A stretch of DNA of 49,582 nt from the NCBI RefSeq assembly GCF_004010195.1, contig NC_057755.1, forward strand, positions 10,680,934 to 10,730,515. The letters are read 5' to 3'. Source of the stretch: Chiloscyllium plagiosum (Eukaryota). The notes under the pieces are model-generated. The model searched no databases. It was not told the DNA's origin and saw only the letters and a program-made list of their open reading frames with translations. Of this stretch, positions 23,730 through 36,830 are shown piece after piece. Made by a program: the position numbers and the translations under genes. Numbering within the stretch: position 1 is the first letter of the stretch; the number at the start of each line of letters is the position of its first letter.

Positions 23730-24715
23730 GGCCATCAGCCCATCAATACTGCTTAGCCATTCAATAATGGCTGATAGATTTTTCAACTTCACTTTCCTGT
23801 TTTCTCTCTGTAACCTTTGATCTTCTTGACAATTAAAAACTTACCTAGCTCTGTTTAAAATATACTCAGTGGCTGGCCTCCACAGTTTTCTGTGACAATG
23901 AATTCCACAGATTCACCACTCTCTGGCTGAAGTTGTTTCTCACTCTCTCAGTTCTGAAGGGTCTTCCCTTTACTCGAAGGCTGCGCCCTCAGGTCTCCTC
24001 TGCCCTGCCAATGGAATCATCTTTCAAACATCCACTTTCTCCAGGCCATTTAGTATTCTGGAAGTTTCAATTAGAAACCCCCTCGTCCTTCTAAACTGCG
24101 CCCCATTCTCGTGGACCGCTCCACAGCCAATACATTCTTCCTGAGTTATAGAGGCCAAAAGTCCTCACAGTATTGTAACTGTGGTCTGACCAGAGCCTCA
24201 TAAACCCTCAGAAGTACACCCTTGTTTTAATATTCTCGTTCTCTCTGGGTAAATGACAACATTGTATTTGCATTCCCAACTACCAACTCAACCTGTTCGT
24301 TTACATAAGGAAAACATGGTCTAGAACTCTCAAATCCTTTGGCACTTCAGATTTCAGAATTTTCTCCCCATTTCGAAAATAGTTGGTGTCTCAATTCTTC
24401 CTACCAAAGTGCATGACATTCCCACGTTATATTCCATCTGTCACTTCTTTGCCCACGCTCCTAACCAGTCCCTCCGCCTATCTCTGTATCATCTACATAC
24501 TCAGCCAGAATGCCCACAGTTCATCCATCTAGCCTGTTCATGGAGAAAGTGAGTCGTTGTGGTCCCAACACTGACCCCTGTGGAACACCACATGTCACCG
24601 GCTGCCATCCTGAGAAAGACCTTTTTATGCCCATTCTCTGCTTTCTGCCAGCCTGCCAATCGTCTATCCAGGCTGGTACCTTGCCTCGAAAACCATAGGC
24701 CCTTAACTTACTCAG
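23730..24715 (-). mobile_element. CR1 LINE RT and 3' end, degraded
   Basis: LSKLRAYGFRGKVPAWIDDW...FSGWQPVTCGVPQGSVLGP. Confidence 0.9.
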
Positions 24716-25244
24716 ACTGAAGGACATTATTCAGATAAGTTTACAAAAATCGTCAATGCTCATTACTATGCTGATGTATTTTTTAAAAAGAATAATGAGG
24801 GTTTGTTGAATTCAAATTTTTATCATCCAGGAATGTGGAACTTTGCTGCTGGAAAATTAGGCTGGAGATCTGGAATGTTACTTCCCCGACACAAACCTGT
24901 CAGACTGACTGATTGTAATTATGGAACATGGGCATAACATGGCTCTCATAACCCATACTCTTTAGTTAATATGTAACAAATTGATCAACGATTAGGATTT
25001 CTGTGAACATGATTATCAGTAACCAATATTATTTACTGCAAACTGAAGGTCATCTCCACTCTGAGAAATGGAGTTGGATATAAATGACTTTCTGTTCGCA
25101 TAGTATTAATACAAAAATATTAATAAACCCTATTTTCTGTCGCAGTTTCAGAGCTTGGCTATTTACTGGATGTTTGCAAATTATCATTCTTTCATTTGAC
25201 TTATTTTTCTCACCAACTGGTTTAGGGATGCATAGCATATTTAC

Positions 25245-25690
25245 TCAGTGGTTAGCACTGCAGCCTCACAGCGCCAGGGATCTGGTACTGATCCCACACT
25301 CGGATGGTTGTCTGTGTGGAGTCTGGGTTTCCTCTGGATGCTCCAGTTTCCTCCCAGAGTTCAAAGGTGCGCTGGTCCGGAGGATTGATCATCTGTAATT
25401 ACCCTATAATGTCCAGAGGTGAAGAAGGGCTTATGCCCGAAACGTCGACTCTCCTATTCCCTGGATGCTGCCTGACCTGCTGCGCTTTTCCAGCAACACA
25501 TTTCCAGCTCTGATCTCCAGCATCTGCAGACCTCACTTTCTCCTGTCCAGAGGTGTGCAAGTTAGGTGGATTAGCTGTGGGAAATTCAGCGTTACGGGGA
25601 TATAGCAAGGTGCTGGTCTGGGAGGGATGCATTTTGAAGATTTGGTATGGGCTAAATGGCCTGTAGGGATCACACAGTAGGGATTCAATT
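25245..25690 (+). mobile_element. HE1-type SINE interrupted by a PLE terminal-repeat insertion
   Basis: CAGTGGTTAGCACTGCAGCCTCACAGCGCCAGGGA head; GGGTTTCCTCTGGATGCTCCAGTTTCCTCCC core. Confidence 0.8.
25422..25543 (+). mobile_element. 122-bp PLE terminal-repeat insertion with 12-bp TSD, beginning inside the hammerhead core
   Basis: TGTCCAGAGGTG at 25410-25421 and 25544-25555; insert starts AAGAAGGGCTTATGCCCGAAACGTCGA. Confidence 0.85.
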
Positions 25691-27185
25691 ACACACCACC
25701 TGGGGAACGGTGAGACTTGAAGCCAGGCCTCTTAGCTTTAGGATAGGAACGTTAACACTGCACCACCTTTTTCTCTTGCATGTTATAAACACCACTTGGG
25801 AATTAATAGCAGCCACTGCAGCAGAATGTGCTGATTGTACAGAACCTCGAAACACAAAACGGATGATACTTAATCAATTCATTCCAAACCCCAGTGCAAA
25901 GGTTTCACTCCAAAACCTGACCTTACGGTTGGACTTTTGTTTTGTCTGATAAATGTTATCGCTGAAAGGCGACTCTTGTTACATGTTTTCCAATCTTTCC
26001 CATGCTTAATATTCCTCATTATCAGGAACAATGATGTTCAGCTGTTTGCTAAATACAACCTGAGTAAAGTCAAGTCACTACGTGTCTAAAAATAAAACTA
26101 ATTAACGTGATGATAAAGATTATCTTCAGCCAGATCAGCCCAAGTGCTCCCTCCTGTAACTTTCTGACTAAGAGCTCGGTTTTAACATGCACATTCTTCT
26201 CAATCAAAACCTTTTCATCAAATGTTGGTCTCTTACCCAAAACACCAGTGAAAATGTCCCACCATTTTATAGTAAAACTTGACATTGAGCCTGAAGCAAA
26301 TTGTTCTGTGTCTGTTGGTAGCATTAATCCTGAATCCTTAACTTTCAGCGACTGATCATTGTTTGTGTACTTATTAACTGAGTGTCAAAGGTCACAGATA
26401 ACAAGAGACAAAAACTACTTTGCAGTTTAAATGAAGCAGCGTGCAAGAGAAAAATATGCACGAAACAACTGAAACTAATATGTTAGTTTATGAGATTAAG
26501 TTTCCTTTTAGGTAATTCTATCCCTTTTTATTAGCTTCCAACATTGAATATGTTCCACATTTGAACATGAGGACTGGAGCGAACTGTGTGTGAGACCAAG
26601 ACTCTCGAAACAAACTCCTCTTGATCAATCTGTAATTTTACTTTGCCTTCTGTTTTTTTTTGTATACATATGCTTTTTGTGTTAAAGCAATTGGTTTGTT
26701 TAGAAGCAGGAACGGTCAGTTCTGCTGGTTTATATTCTCCACTAAGGACATGTTTCTGTTCGGCAAACAAACAAAAATTAGTCACAGCTGTAATTTCGTC
26801 ACCATCTCTGCGATAATCACTGTTTCAAATCTTGTTATTTCAAAAATAAACGTTATTCCATATACACATACATAGTTACTAAAGCATTTTTTGGCATGTG
26901 AGGAAAGTAAAACAAATATTGGAGTTTGACTCTATCCAGTAAACAAATCAAAGACATCTCTTATTTATGTAAGAACATATTTACATATATTGAGGCACCC
27001 GGAGGGTCTGCTAACTAAACTGACCCCCATTTCCCTTCAGCTGAATGACCTCAGACAGTGGTCTTTCTCCACTGTGCCTTGGTGGTAGCTGCCACAAGCT
27101 TTAGTACATCCCCTCAGCATGTTGCCTGCACCTTGGACTGTGCCAGTCTACAACACTCGGATATGGTCAACTCCTATCTCTGAAA

Positions 27186-27236
27186 TCTCCTGGATGCTGC
27201 CTGACCTGCTGCGCTTTTCCAGCAACACATTTCCAG
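27186..27236 (+). mobile_element. 51-bp PLE terminal-repeat fragment with 15-bp TSD
   Basis: CTCCTATCTCTGAAA at 27171-27185 and 27237-27251; insert matches ~25460-25507. Confidence 0.85.
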
Positions 27237-27409
27237 CTCCTATCTCTGAAAGACCAACAAATTTCAGAAAGGCCAGAGAGCGTCTTTCACCGAGTTGACA
27301 TTCCTCCCTGTGCAGTGGATGTTTGTCTCAGTGTGTATTCTAGAGAACGACCATTAGCTGTAGCTCACAGAGTCACACAACATCTTGACACAGAATTATA
27401 ACTGAGTGG

Positions 27410-27613
27410 TCGTGTGTGAAATGAACTTCCAGAGGATTTAATGGACGCAGGTTCAGTTACAATGTTTGAAAGACATTTGGATAAGAACATGAATAAGAAA
27501 TGTCTGGAAGGATATGGGCCAAGCCCAGACAGGGTGGGATGAGTTTAGTTTGGGAACATGATTGGCATGCAGTGGTTTGACTGAAGGGTCTGCTTCCGTT
27601 CTGTATGACCCGA
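27410..27613 (+). mobile_element. CR1 LINE 3' tail
   Basis: AAGACATTTGGATAAG...GGATATGGGCCAAG...GAAGGGTCTGCTTCCGTTCTGTATGAC. Confidence 0.75.
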
Positions 27614-28289
27614 TGAACAGTTATTTATTAGGTTTGAATCCTATCAGCGTAAGTTTCAAAGACACCTATTTGAAATCAGAAGCAAGTCTCATCTCTGTTG
27701 GAACACATCAGCTGTTCAGAGCAGACAGGGTAATAAATACACAGGAGGAAGAGGGTGATTTTTGAGAATTGGAGACCCTAAGTGTTTGGTCACAATTATT
27801 AATGACTGAAAAATCCATGTTTCCAACTTTGCATGTATTCAGGGGAAAAGAATTCTCATCTCAATGGAGAGAAAAGGAGAAGAAGCTGTTAATTCAAACT
27901 TAGCTCATGGACAGGGAAAGACAATGTATCTTTATTTTGCCCAGTAGTAAAATGATGGTGTTAGGGAATAGATTGGAAGTTGTTCTGCTATGGATTTTGA
28001 AGGTTATAAACTGTTATGTTCAGGGTTTTAGAGAATGTTCACATTGCTTGCAATTAGCTACCATTTTAGTTTTTCAACCAAACCTGCCAATATCACGTGT
28101 ACATATTTCCGTAAAAAATCATCCCTCACTTTGTTTTTTTTCATTGGGGCATCAAAGGAAGATGAGGCGACATGATAGAAGTTTACAACATTGGGAGAGA
28201 GATGGACTGAATGGACAGTCAGTCATTTAGCTACAAAAGAATTAATATGTGCACATTGTAAAACTAATCTGGCAGGGGGAGGGGTCCCA

Positions 28290-29990
28290 TAATATTGACG
28301 AAATAGAGCCACATCATGTGACAGCAAAGGTCACAGGTCTGCGTGAATTCAGCGATGTTGTATGTCAAGAGACTGAGGCAACGCTGGGTCATCGTTACTT
28401 GAATGCAAGGAGTGCAGTAGATTAGACTGATGACATTGACACATGGAAATGTGCTGATGTTACCCTGACAAAAACATGGCTGTGGGAAGGGCTGTACTGC
28501 CAACTCAACATTCTGGGGTTAAGGGTCTTCAGGTGAGACAGAGGAGGGTGTAAAAATAGATGACGTTGTACCACAATTAACTAAGGTATCAATTACTGCA
28601 ATAAGGAGAGATGATACCTTGGAAGGATCCTCAAACGAGGCTTTGTGGGTTGAACTTGATAATGTCAAGTAGCAGCCAGTTTACTGGGAATGTATTATAG
28701 ACCCCTGAAGAGCTGGCAGATCATAGAGAAGCAAATATATAGACGGCTCACAGACGTGTGTGCAAAGCAAGAATCGGTAATTATACGGGGGAATTTCACC
28801 TTTCCCAACATGAAGGGCGATAGTCATAGAGTCAAAGGTTAGGGGAGTGGATTTCTTGAAATGCATGCAGGACAGTGTTTTTCTAACAATGCATAGAAGA
28901 GATGGTTCAGTGCTGTATCTAGTTCTGGGGATTAAAACCTGACAAGTGTCCGAAATAGCTAAGTGCAGGGGAGCATTTTAGCAAAAGCATCTACAACACG
29001 GTTCAAATTTTTTATGGACGAGGGAAAAGACGGTCACAGAGAAATGGCTTTGGATTGGGGAAAGGCAAATGTTATTAAAATAAAGCAGCTTCTAGCCTAA
29101 GTTGACTCAGTACATCTCCTTGTGGGTAACTCTACAGCAGGGCAGTGGTGGGCATTCAAACAGGAGCTGGGAGGGTACAGCTCCAAGTTGTACCTGAAAG
29201 GGACATGTAACAGCAATAAGTTCAGAGAATCCTGGATGTCCAGGACAATTCGGGACTGAATGAGAGAGAAGAGTAGGGCTCTTAGCAAATCCAAAGTGAG
29301 CAATTCAGCTATCGCCCCACAGGAAGACAGGATGTGCAGGAGGGAACTTGAGAAAGCTGTTAGAAGAACAACAAGGGGGCATGAGAAAGGACTTGCAAAC
29401 AGGATTAGGGAGGGTCCTATGATGCTTTATAAAAACATTAAAGGGAAGAGGTTTACCAGGGAAAGAGTAGAGTCCGTTAGTGACTAAGGGACAGCCTGTG
29501 TGTAAGCAGCAGGATATTCCAAGGGTGTGAAATCAATGCTTCTCCTCAACTTCACTTTGGTAAAGAAGGACATAGGTATGGAATTCAGGAAAAGGGACTG
29601 AGGAACTTCCATAGTTTGACTGAGAGAATGGGAGAGTATGGCTCGAAACAGACAAGTTCCCTGGTCCGGGTGATTTCCATCCCAGGCCACTGTGGGAAGG
29701 GAGCCAGGAAACTGTAGGGTATCCCACATAAATTGTTACCTCCTCTCTGGCCACAGGGAATGTGCCAGAGAACTGGAGGACGGCTGCTGTGGTTCCACTT
29801 TTCAAGAAAGTAGAGATGAGCTCAGGAAATTACAAGTCTTGCATCACTGGTAGGGATATTATTGGAGACAATTTTGAAGAAGAGAATTAATACACAACTG
29901 GAAAGGCATGGGTTAATTAAGGATAGTCAGCATGGCTTTGTCAGTGGGAGGTCATGCCTCAATCTGTTTGATTTCATTCTTGAGTATCCA
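28290..29990 (+). mobile_element. Degraded CR1 ORF2 (endonuclease to RT N-terminus)
   Basis: Fragments such as ELEKAVRRTTRGHEKGLANRIRE, ATGNVPENWRTAAVVPLFKK, and SQHGFVSGRSCL. Confidence 0.85.
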
Positions 29991-30029
29991 TGAGCACCTG
30001 ACTGACTTGGGGCAATTTTGTTTTCTGGG

Positions 30030-30650
30030 AAGAAGTGAGCACGGCAGATGTTGGAGATCAGAGTGGAAGAGTGTGGTGCTGGAAAGCACAGCTGGTAAGG
30101 CAACATCCGAGGAGCAGGAGAATTGGCGTTTCAAGCATGCTCTCTTCATCTGGAATGTGGGGAGAGCCCAAGGAGGGTGAGAGATAAATGGGAGAGGGTG
30201 GGGGAAAGGTAGCCAAGAATTGATAGGTCAATGGAGATGGGGGTGGAAGGTGATACGTCAGTGAGGAGGGTGGAGCAGATAGGTGGGAAGGAAGATGGAC
30301 ATGTGGGGCATGTCATGAAGGTGATAGTGAAGATTGGACCTGGGAAAAGGTGGGGGGAGGGGAAATGAGGAAACTGGTCAAATCCACATTGATCCCTGTG
30401 GTTGGAGGTTCCCAAGGCAGAGCATGAGGTGTTCTTTCTCCAGGCGTCAGGTAGTAAACGTTTGGTGGTAGAGGAGGCCCAGGACCGGCATTTCCTTGGC
30501 AGGGTTAGAGGGGGAGTTAAAGTGTATGGCCATGGGGCGGTGGTGTTTGTTTCGTGCGTGTTTCCCAGAGATATTCTCTGAAGCATTCTACAAGTAGATG
30601 TTCTGTCTCCCCAAGACAGAGGAGACCACATCAGGAGCAATGGATACAGT
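30030..30650 (-). mobile_element. Degraded PLE 3' end with terminal repeat
   Basis: Homologous to ~900-1470 (CGLL...; terminal repeat GATGTTGCC...GCTTTCCAGCACCACACT); decayed hammerhead at ~30120-30155. Confidence 0.8.
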
Positions 30651-31277
30651 GGATAATTCTGTTTCCGAGTGTTCATTGGTTTTATTTCAGGAATGCCTAC
30701 TCGGTAGGGCGGTCAGATAAATTGTATTCTCAGAATGTAACAATAATATCTTGCCATTAACCACAAAAAGAATAAATTAGGTTCTTGGGGACATAACCTC
30801 ACTAGACAAGAGCAATGTAAGAAAATATAACAGCGGTGACATCCACCAGCCTGCCCCCAAACACTTTATTCCCAATGAGTTCCAGTGGGAAACAAAACAG
30901 GAACAAACATTTGGATAACTTAAAATCAGAAGTTGCTCAGAAAACCCTCATCAGGTCTGGCAGCATCTGTGGAGAGGGAACCTTATTGTCCAGTCCTAAA
31001 GAATGGTAACTGGACTCGAAACATTAACTTGGCTTTCTCTCTCCAGTCGCTGCTGGGTTTGTTCAGTGATTGCTGTTTTCATATTTATTTCAGCTCTCCA
31101 GCATCCACACTTTATTTCCTTTTAGTTGCAAATGCACAGTCATAGTTGGCACTCAGAGCCAAGAGAGGTATGATAGCAGACCAGGAATTATTGAGGTTAC
31201 TAACAGACAAAAGACACTCATAATCCGATCCAGACGAGCAAGGGAACCAAAACTGAGAGACAATTTCCAAACAGAAA

Positions 31278-32164
31278 CTACTTTGCATTTCTTTGGCTTT
31301 GAATGATTCTGAAAACCAGTCGCCACGGAGAGTTCAGCACCTTCTTCAGCTCCTCCCTGAACTTCCCGTGTGTTGCAGCATAAATAAATGTGTTTGGGCA
31401 GGAGCTCAAAAGTTTTAACATCATTCCCGTTTCCGTGGCGATATACCCAGATTTTGTTCGGTCCCCTCCATCGTAAATGCTGTTGACCATTCTAGTTGTT
31501 GCAAAACTAATCACCGCCGTCAGCCACAGCAGTAAGAAAGAGCCTGATACAGCAAAGAGGAACATGATGGATTTCTTTCGGTTCTCCATTTCTAGATCTC
31601 GATGATTCTCACTGTGGGTACCTCGGAGACTGATTGTCATAGAATTGAACAAGGCGATTAATGTAAAGGGAAGCCAGATGACCCACACAGTGTGAAACCA
31701 GGCAAATGCAGCCCCTGGGGGTGAGGAGAAAAAGGCTACACGTGTCTGACACCCCCACTGCAGCTTGTGAATTACTCGCTGATGTTCATAGGCAAATAAG
31801 AAGGGGATGTTCTTTAACATAATCACAACAAAGAGGGTTGTTATAACCAAAACCGCAGTTCTCTTGGTGCAATACCTCGCCTTAAACCTTTGCCAGCAGA
31901 TCATTACAAATCGGTCAAATGTGAAAGAAACAGTAAACCAAATGGACACATCAATTGCGACAGGTGCTTTCTCCAGAAGTAACTTACAAATTGAAGTGAG
32001 TGAGAGGAATGAAAGCGGAAAGTTATAACTGATAACATGGTACAGCAGCACATTGTTGAACATGAGCAGTAGATCTGCTACTGCCATGGCCAACATATAG
32101 ATGCAGATACACCTGGAAAGGCTGCAGTTTCCCCTGCAAAGAATCACAATTGTCAGGGTGTTTG
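31278..32164 (-). CDS. GPR139/GPR142-like GPCR copy 2, exon 2 (spliced product 318 aa; 33-nt in-frame deletion after TM5)
   Basis: 7TM; MAVADLLL, FTFDRFVMIC, SGSFLLLW, SSCPNTFIYA; acceptor CCAG| at 32165. Confidence 0.92.
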
Positions 32165-32278
32165 CTGGAAGGAAAAAGAGAGGAGGGTTATAATGTCTCA
32201 AATCATTGCCAGGAAAGAAATGCATCATTTGACATTATCCAAAAAATGTCAATGAAAAAATTATTTGGAAACGCTTAC

Positions 32279-32348
32279 CAGGAATCGCAATGGCCACCAG
32301 TGTTGGGTAATAAATGGCTCTTATCAGCAGAATAACTGGTTGTCCCAT
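32279..32348 (-). CDS. GPCR copy 2, exon 1 (70 nt)
   Basis: MGQPVILLIRAIYYPTLVAIAIP; donor G|GTAAGC. Confidence 0.9.
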
Positions 32349-32422
32349 CTTCTGGTGGTTAAAGTATTCTCTCAGATTTGAAGCATCCAGCTGGTGCACA
32401 ACTGAGGCAATAAATATAACCC

Positions 32423-32530
32423 TTTATTTATAGAAGCTTTGATTCTCCAGGCAGCCAATGATGAAATCATATTTAGCTTTAGCTACAAGCATTCAGTAAA
32501 TAGAGTCGGCTCAGTTGTTTTGTACGTATC
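32423..32530 (-). promoter_or_regulatory. Putative proximal promoter of GPCR copy 2
   Basis: TATAAATAAA ~79 nt upstream of the ATG, plus a CCAAT-containing block conserved with copy 3. Confidence 0.55.
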
Positions 32531-34439
32531 AGGTTAAAGAAAAATTGAGTTGCTATTAGTCAGTAAAAAGAAATAAAATGTTCAATGTGGAAATTATCCC
32601 ATTGTGCTGCGCTGAAACATTTTCCTCCAGAAAGTGTGACAATCAGACATCAGGCTTCAATGTAATGTTTAGTTTCTCACAATCCGAGAACATAAAGTAC
32701 AAACAAGGAATCAATAAGAAGTGGGATCCACTTAGACAAAATGACAAACTGAATAGCCAGGCCTACAAGCCGTCTGTGACTGATACAAAGTTGAGCGAAA
32801 GTCCAGTATATGTAACTGTTAACTAAATATGTTATTGATACAATTAGAGAGAAAACATTAGCATTCAGATCAAGATGTCCTATCATTTAGTTCGAGATGA
32901 GAGAGTGAAGGGGCGGTGTTGTTAGGAGCTTGGGCTGAGTGTCAGAGGTCATAGGGTTGACTGATGGAGGCCAGTGAGCCAAGAGCCTTCTTCACTGCGC
33001 TAACTGTGACTCCATTTTCAGAGAACAGTGCACCTGAATGCCATGATCCCTCTGTTCTACTACACACCTTTAGATCCTATCATTCACCATGATTTCTTAC
33101 CTTGATTTGACTTTCCAAACCTCTCACTTATCCATATGAAATTCTATTTACCATTTCGCGGCCCACTTCCCCAGCTGATCAAGGTCCTGCTGCAATTCCT
33201 GATAACCTTCCTCATTGTACACAATACCACATATTTTAGTGTCATATGAAAACTTACCAATCAGCACAGCGCAGAAATAAACCCTTCCATCCAACTACTC
33301 TTTGACGACCAGATTTTCTGAACAAATCTCATCCCATTTACCAGCATTTGGCCCATAGTGCTCTTATCCATTTCTACTCATTTATCCATCAAGATGCCTT
33401 TTAAATGTTGTAATCGTACCAGCCTCCAGCAATTGTTTTGGCAGCTCATTCCATACACGCACTGCCCTCTTGGAAATAGATACAAAGAAATAATGATGAC
33501 TGTGTGAAAAATATTATATGTCATGAGTGACTTTAATCTATTTATACAACAGGTACATACACGCAGACCGAGGTAGTTTAGGTCTGGCAGCATTGCTTGA
33601 GAAAATACAGAGTTCAACTCCATTTCTCTCCCCACAGGTACTGTCAGACCAGCTCAGTTTCCCCAGTAATTTCTGTCTTTGTTTGTGTCAGGTATCTATC
33701 ATCTGCAGTTCTTTATTTTATCTTAAAGGAGATTTAAAAATAGTCCATCACCTGGTTGCAGGTCACTTTCACAGAACGACGCATTCTACAGCTAACCAGA
33801 CAGCAGACAATATTAGATCTGCTAATGTTGCAATAACACAGGGTTATTCATGACCACAAAGTGGCGGCACCCCAAGGTAACAGTGGTCTTAACATAATTA
33901 GTTATCATTTCAGGTTTTTAGAGGGAAATGAGTGGATCTAAAGGTAGTGAATTCACTTTAAATGGGCCAACTGTGAGGACACCAGGATGAAGTGAATTTG
34001 AGAATTAGGTCATGCACGAGGTTAGTCCAGACATTGTGTCAGACAGTTGAGAAAATATTTCAGAATACACAGCACAAGTACAATTTAACAAGAGTAAAGT
34101 TTGCAATAGGATAATGCATGAAGTGAACTGAAGAATTCAAACATTGAAAACACATTCATTGCCAAAGTAAGAAGAATGTAAAAGAGTTGGAACATGGCAA
34201 GGATTTTGTTTTTAAAATGGCTCATAAAGAAGGGAAAATTGTTTAGCAGACAAACAAAATAGTGAGAAATGTAACAACAGATAGTAAGTGTATCTATCGG
34301 CATTATTGAACATAAACGCAATATTTTCATGACCTGGTTTTCTGGATAATATATTTGGGGAATATATGTTGAAAAATAAGGAAATGACAGATATTAAAAT
34401 CCAAATTAGATACAAAAGTAGGTAACTTGTCCTTTCATG

Positions 34440-34860
34440 TAATCTCCATCACCTCAATGAGATTATGTCTGATCTAACAAGCTTCAACTCCACTTTTCTG
34501 CCTGTTCTCCAGAACTCTTCATTCCCTTCCTGATCAAAATCTGTCTCTCTCAGCCTTGAATATACTTAATGACCCAACTTTGACAGCCCGCTGCAGTAAA
34601 GAATTCCAGAGATTCACTGCCCTCTGAAAGAAGAAATTGCTGCTCATCTCTGTCTAAAAGGTATGACACCTTGTTCTTAGATTATAACCTCTATTCCTAG
34701 ACTCTCCCAAAAGGGGAAACAATCTCTCCACATCTACTCTCTCAAGTCCCCTAAGAATATTGTATGTTTCAATAAGGTCTCCTCTCTTCTTTCTACATTC
34801 CAGTGAGTACAGGCATAACCTTGTCACTGCCTCCTCCACAGACATGCCCTCTGGGTAGGA
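34440..34860 (-). mobile_element. CR1 LINE 3' end
   Basis: LYSLECRKKRGDLIETYNILRGLERVDVERLFPL.GESRNRGYNL. Confidence 0.88.
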
Positions 34861-35039
34861 GGAGAAGGCAGAGTGGGGGTAGACGAGATTCACAAGACCA
34901 AGAAGATTGCTAAGTCAGAGCAGTAAACATTGTTTACTTGGACTTTATAAGAGCCTTTCACTTGGTGGACTAATTAGCAAAGTAATATCACATGAGATTC
35001 AGGGGGAGCTTGCCAATTGAATATGAATTGCCTTCACTG

Positions 35040-36035
35040 TAGGATACAGGGAGTCATGGGGGGAGGTTGTTTTTCAGACTGGAGGCCTGTGACCAGTGGT
35101 ATCCCACTGGAATTGATGCTGTTTGTCATTTGCACAAAAGATTTAGATGAGAATATATACGGCCTGCTTATTAAGTTTGTGGGTGACACCAAGACTGGTG
35201 AAGACGGTCATTTTAGATTACATTGAGATATTCATCAAATAGTTCAATGGGCTGGAGAGGGGCAAAAGGAGTTTAGTTTGGACAAATGTGAGGTATTGCA
35301 TTTGGAAAAACAAACAAAGGGGCAGGACTTACAAACTATAAGTGGGGCCTTAGACAGCATCGTAGAACAGAGAGAGACCCACGGGTTCAGGTCGATAATT
35401 CTTTGTGTCACGGGTAGACAGGGTTGTTAAGAAGGTGTTTAACATGCTTTCCTTCATTGCTCTGAGCTTTGAGTATTGGTACATCATGTTGAGTTGCACA
35501 GACATTGGTGAGGCCACTCTGGAGTACTGTGCACAATTCTAGTCACCTTGTTCTGGGAAGGATTTTATTAAGCTGGAGAGGGTTTAGAAGAGATTTACCA
35601 CAATGTTACCACAAATGGAAGATTTTTTAAATCAGGAGAAACTGGATAGGCTGGGACTTTTTTCACTGGATCATAGGAGGTTGAGGGGTGATCTTAGAGG
35701 TTTATAAAATCATGAGAGGTGCAGGTAAGGTGAAAGGCAGGTGACTGGTCCCTAGGGTGATGGATTTCAAGACCGGGTGCATATTGTTTTAATGTCAGAG
35801 AGGAAAGATTTAAACAAAACATGAGGGACATTTTTTAACAGTGTTGAACGATCTGCCAGGGGAAGTGGTGGATGCAGGGACAATTACAAAATTTAAAAGA
35901 CATTTGGATAAATTCATGAATAAGAAAGATTGGAAGGGATATGGGCCAAGCCCAGCCAGGTAGGACTAGTTTAGTTTGGGTTTATTGTCAGCAGAGACCG
36001 GTTGGCCGAAGGGTTAGTTTCTGTGCTGTATGACT
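35040..36035 (+). mobile_element. Degraded CR1 RT and 3' end
   Basis: FSDWRPVTSGIP, KFVGDTK, RPLWSTVHNS/LEYC-like segment and CR1 tail. Confidence 0.88.
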
Positions 36036-36539
36036 ACATGAGTTTACAATTGTTAGGAGGAACCCCTCTGGGTTACTAATGCCCATTAGGGAAGGAAACT
36101 GGTGTCCAGGCCTGCTCAGGCCTAGTCAGGACTCCAGACCCACAGCAATGTGGTTAACACTTAGCTGTCCACTGGGCAATAAGAGAATGTGCAATTAATG
36201 CTGATTATAGCCGGTGACACCCTCTGCCTGGTAATGAGCAATGAAAAACAATCATTCCTCTATTTTATTGCTGAAAGTGTGAATATGAACATTACCTCAC
36301 TCAGACTTAGACTCACCTTTTTTTGGGTTTAACTGATTTATTCGTTATTTTCTCTCCTTCATCTTAAAGATTTGGTCTTGTTCTTCATCTTGGGATTGAA
36401 GGTCATGTCTGACCTGTGGGCAATGTTATGATCAACAATTTCATCATTCCCAAGAAGCTCAGTCATTTATTAGGGATGAATTAAGCCATCAAAGTGTCAG
36501 CAGAATAATTTACTTTTGCTTCAGATTCCTGTTGAATTT

Positions 36540-36830
36540 TCATAGAATCATAGAATTCGTGCAGCATGGAAACAGTCCCTTTGGTCCAACACGCACACAC
36601 CGACCCTCTGAACAGTAAACCAACCAGACCCATTTCCCTATCCTATTAATCTCTATTAATCCCTGACTAATGTACCTAACCGACACATCGCTGAACCCTA
36701 TGGGCAATTTAGCACGGCCATTTCATTTAACGTGCACATCTTTGGACTGTGGGAGGAAACCGGAGCACCCGGAGAAAACCCACACAGACATGGGGAGAAA
36801 GTGCAAACTCCACCCAAACAGTGGGCAGAG
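36540..36830 (-). mobile_element. HE1-type SINE
   Basis: TGTGGGAGGAAACCGGAGCACCCGGAGAAAACCCAC (reverse complement of the SINE core). Confidence 0.85.

Noticed and set aside
32165..32228. ORF-track N-terminus MMHFFPGNDLRHYNPPLFFLP for GPCR copy 2 (likewise MCFFLNST for copy 1)
   Set aside because: Intron read-through; the real N-terminus is the conserved 70-nt exon 1
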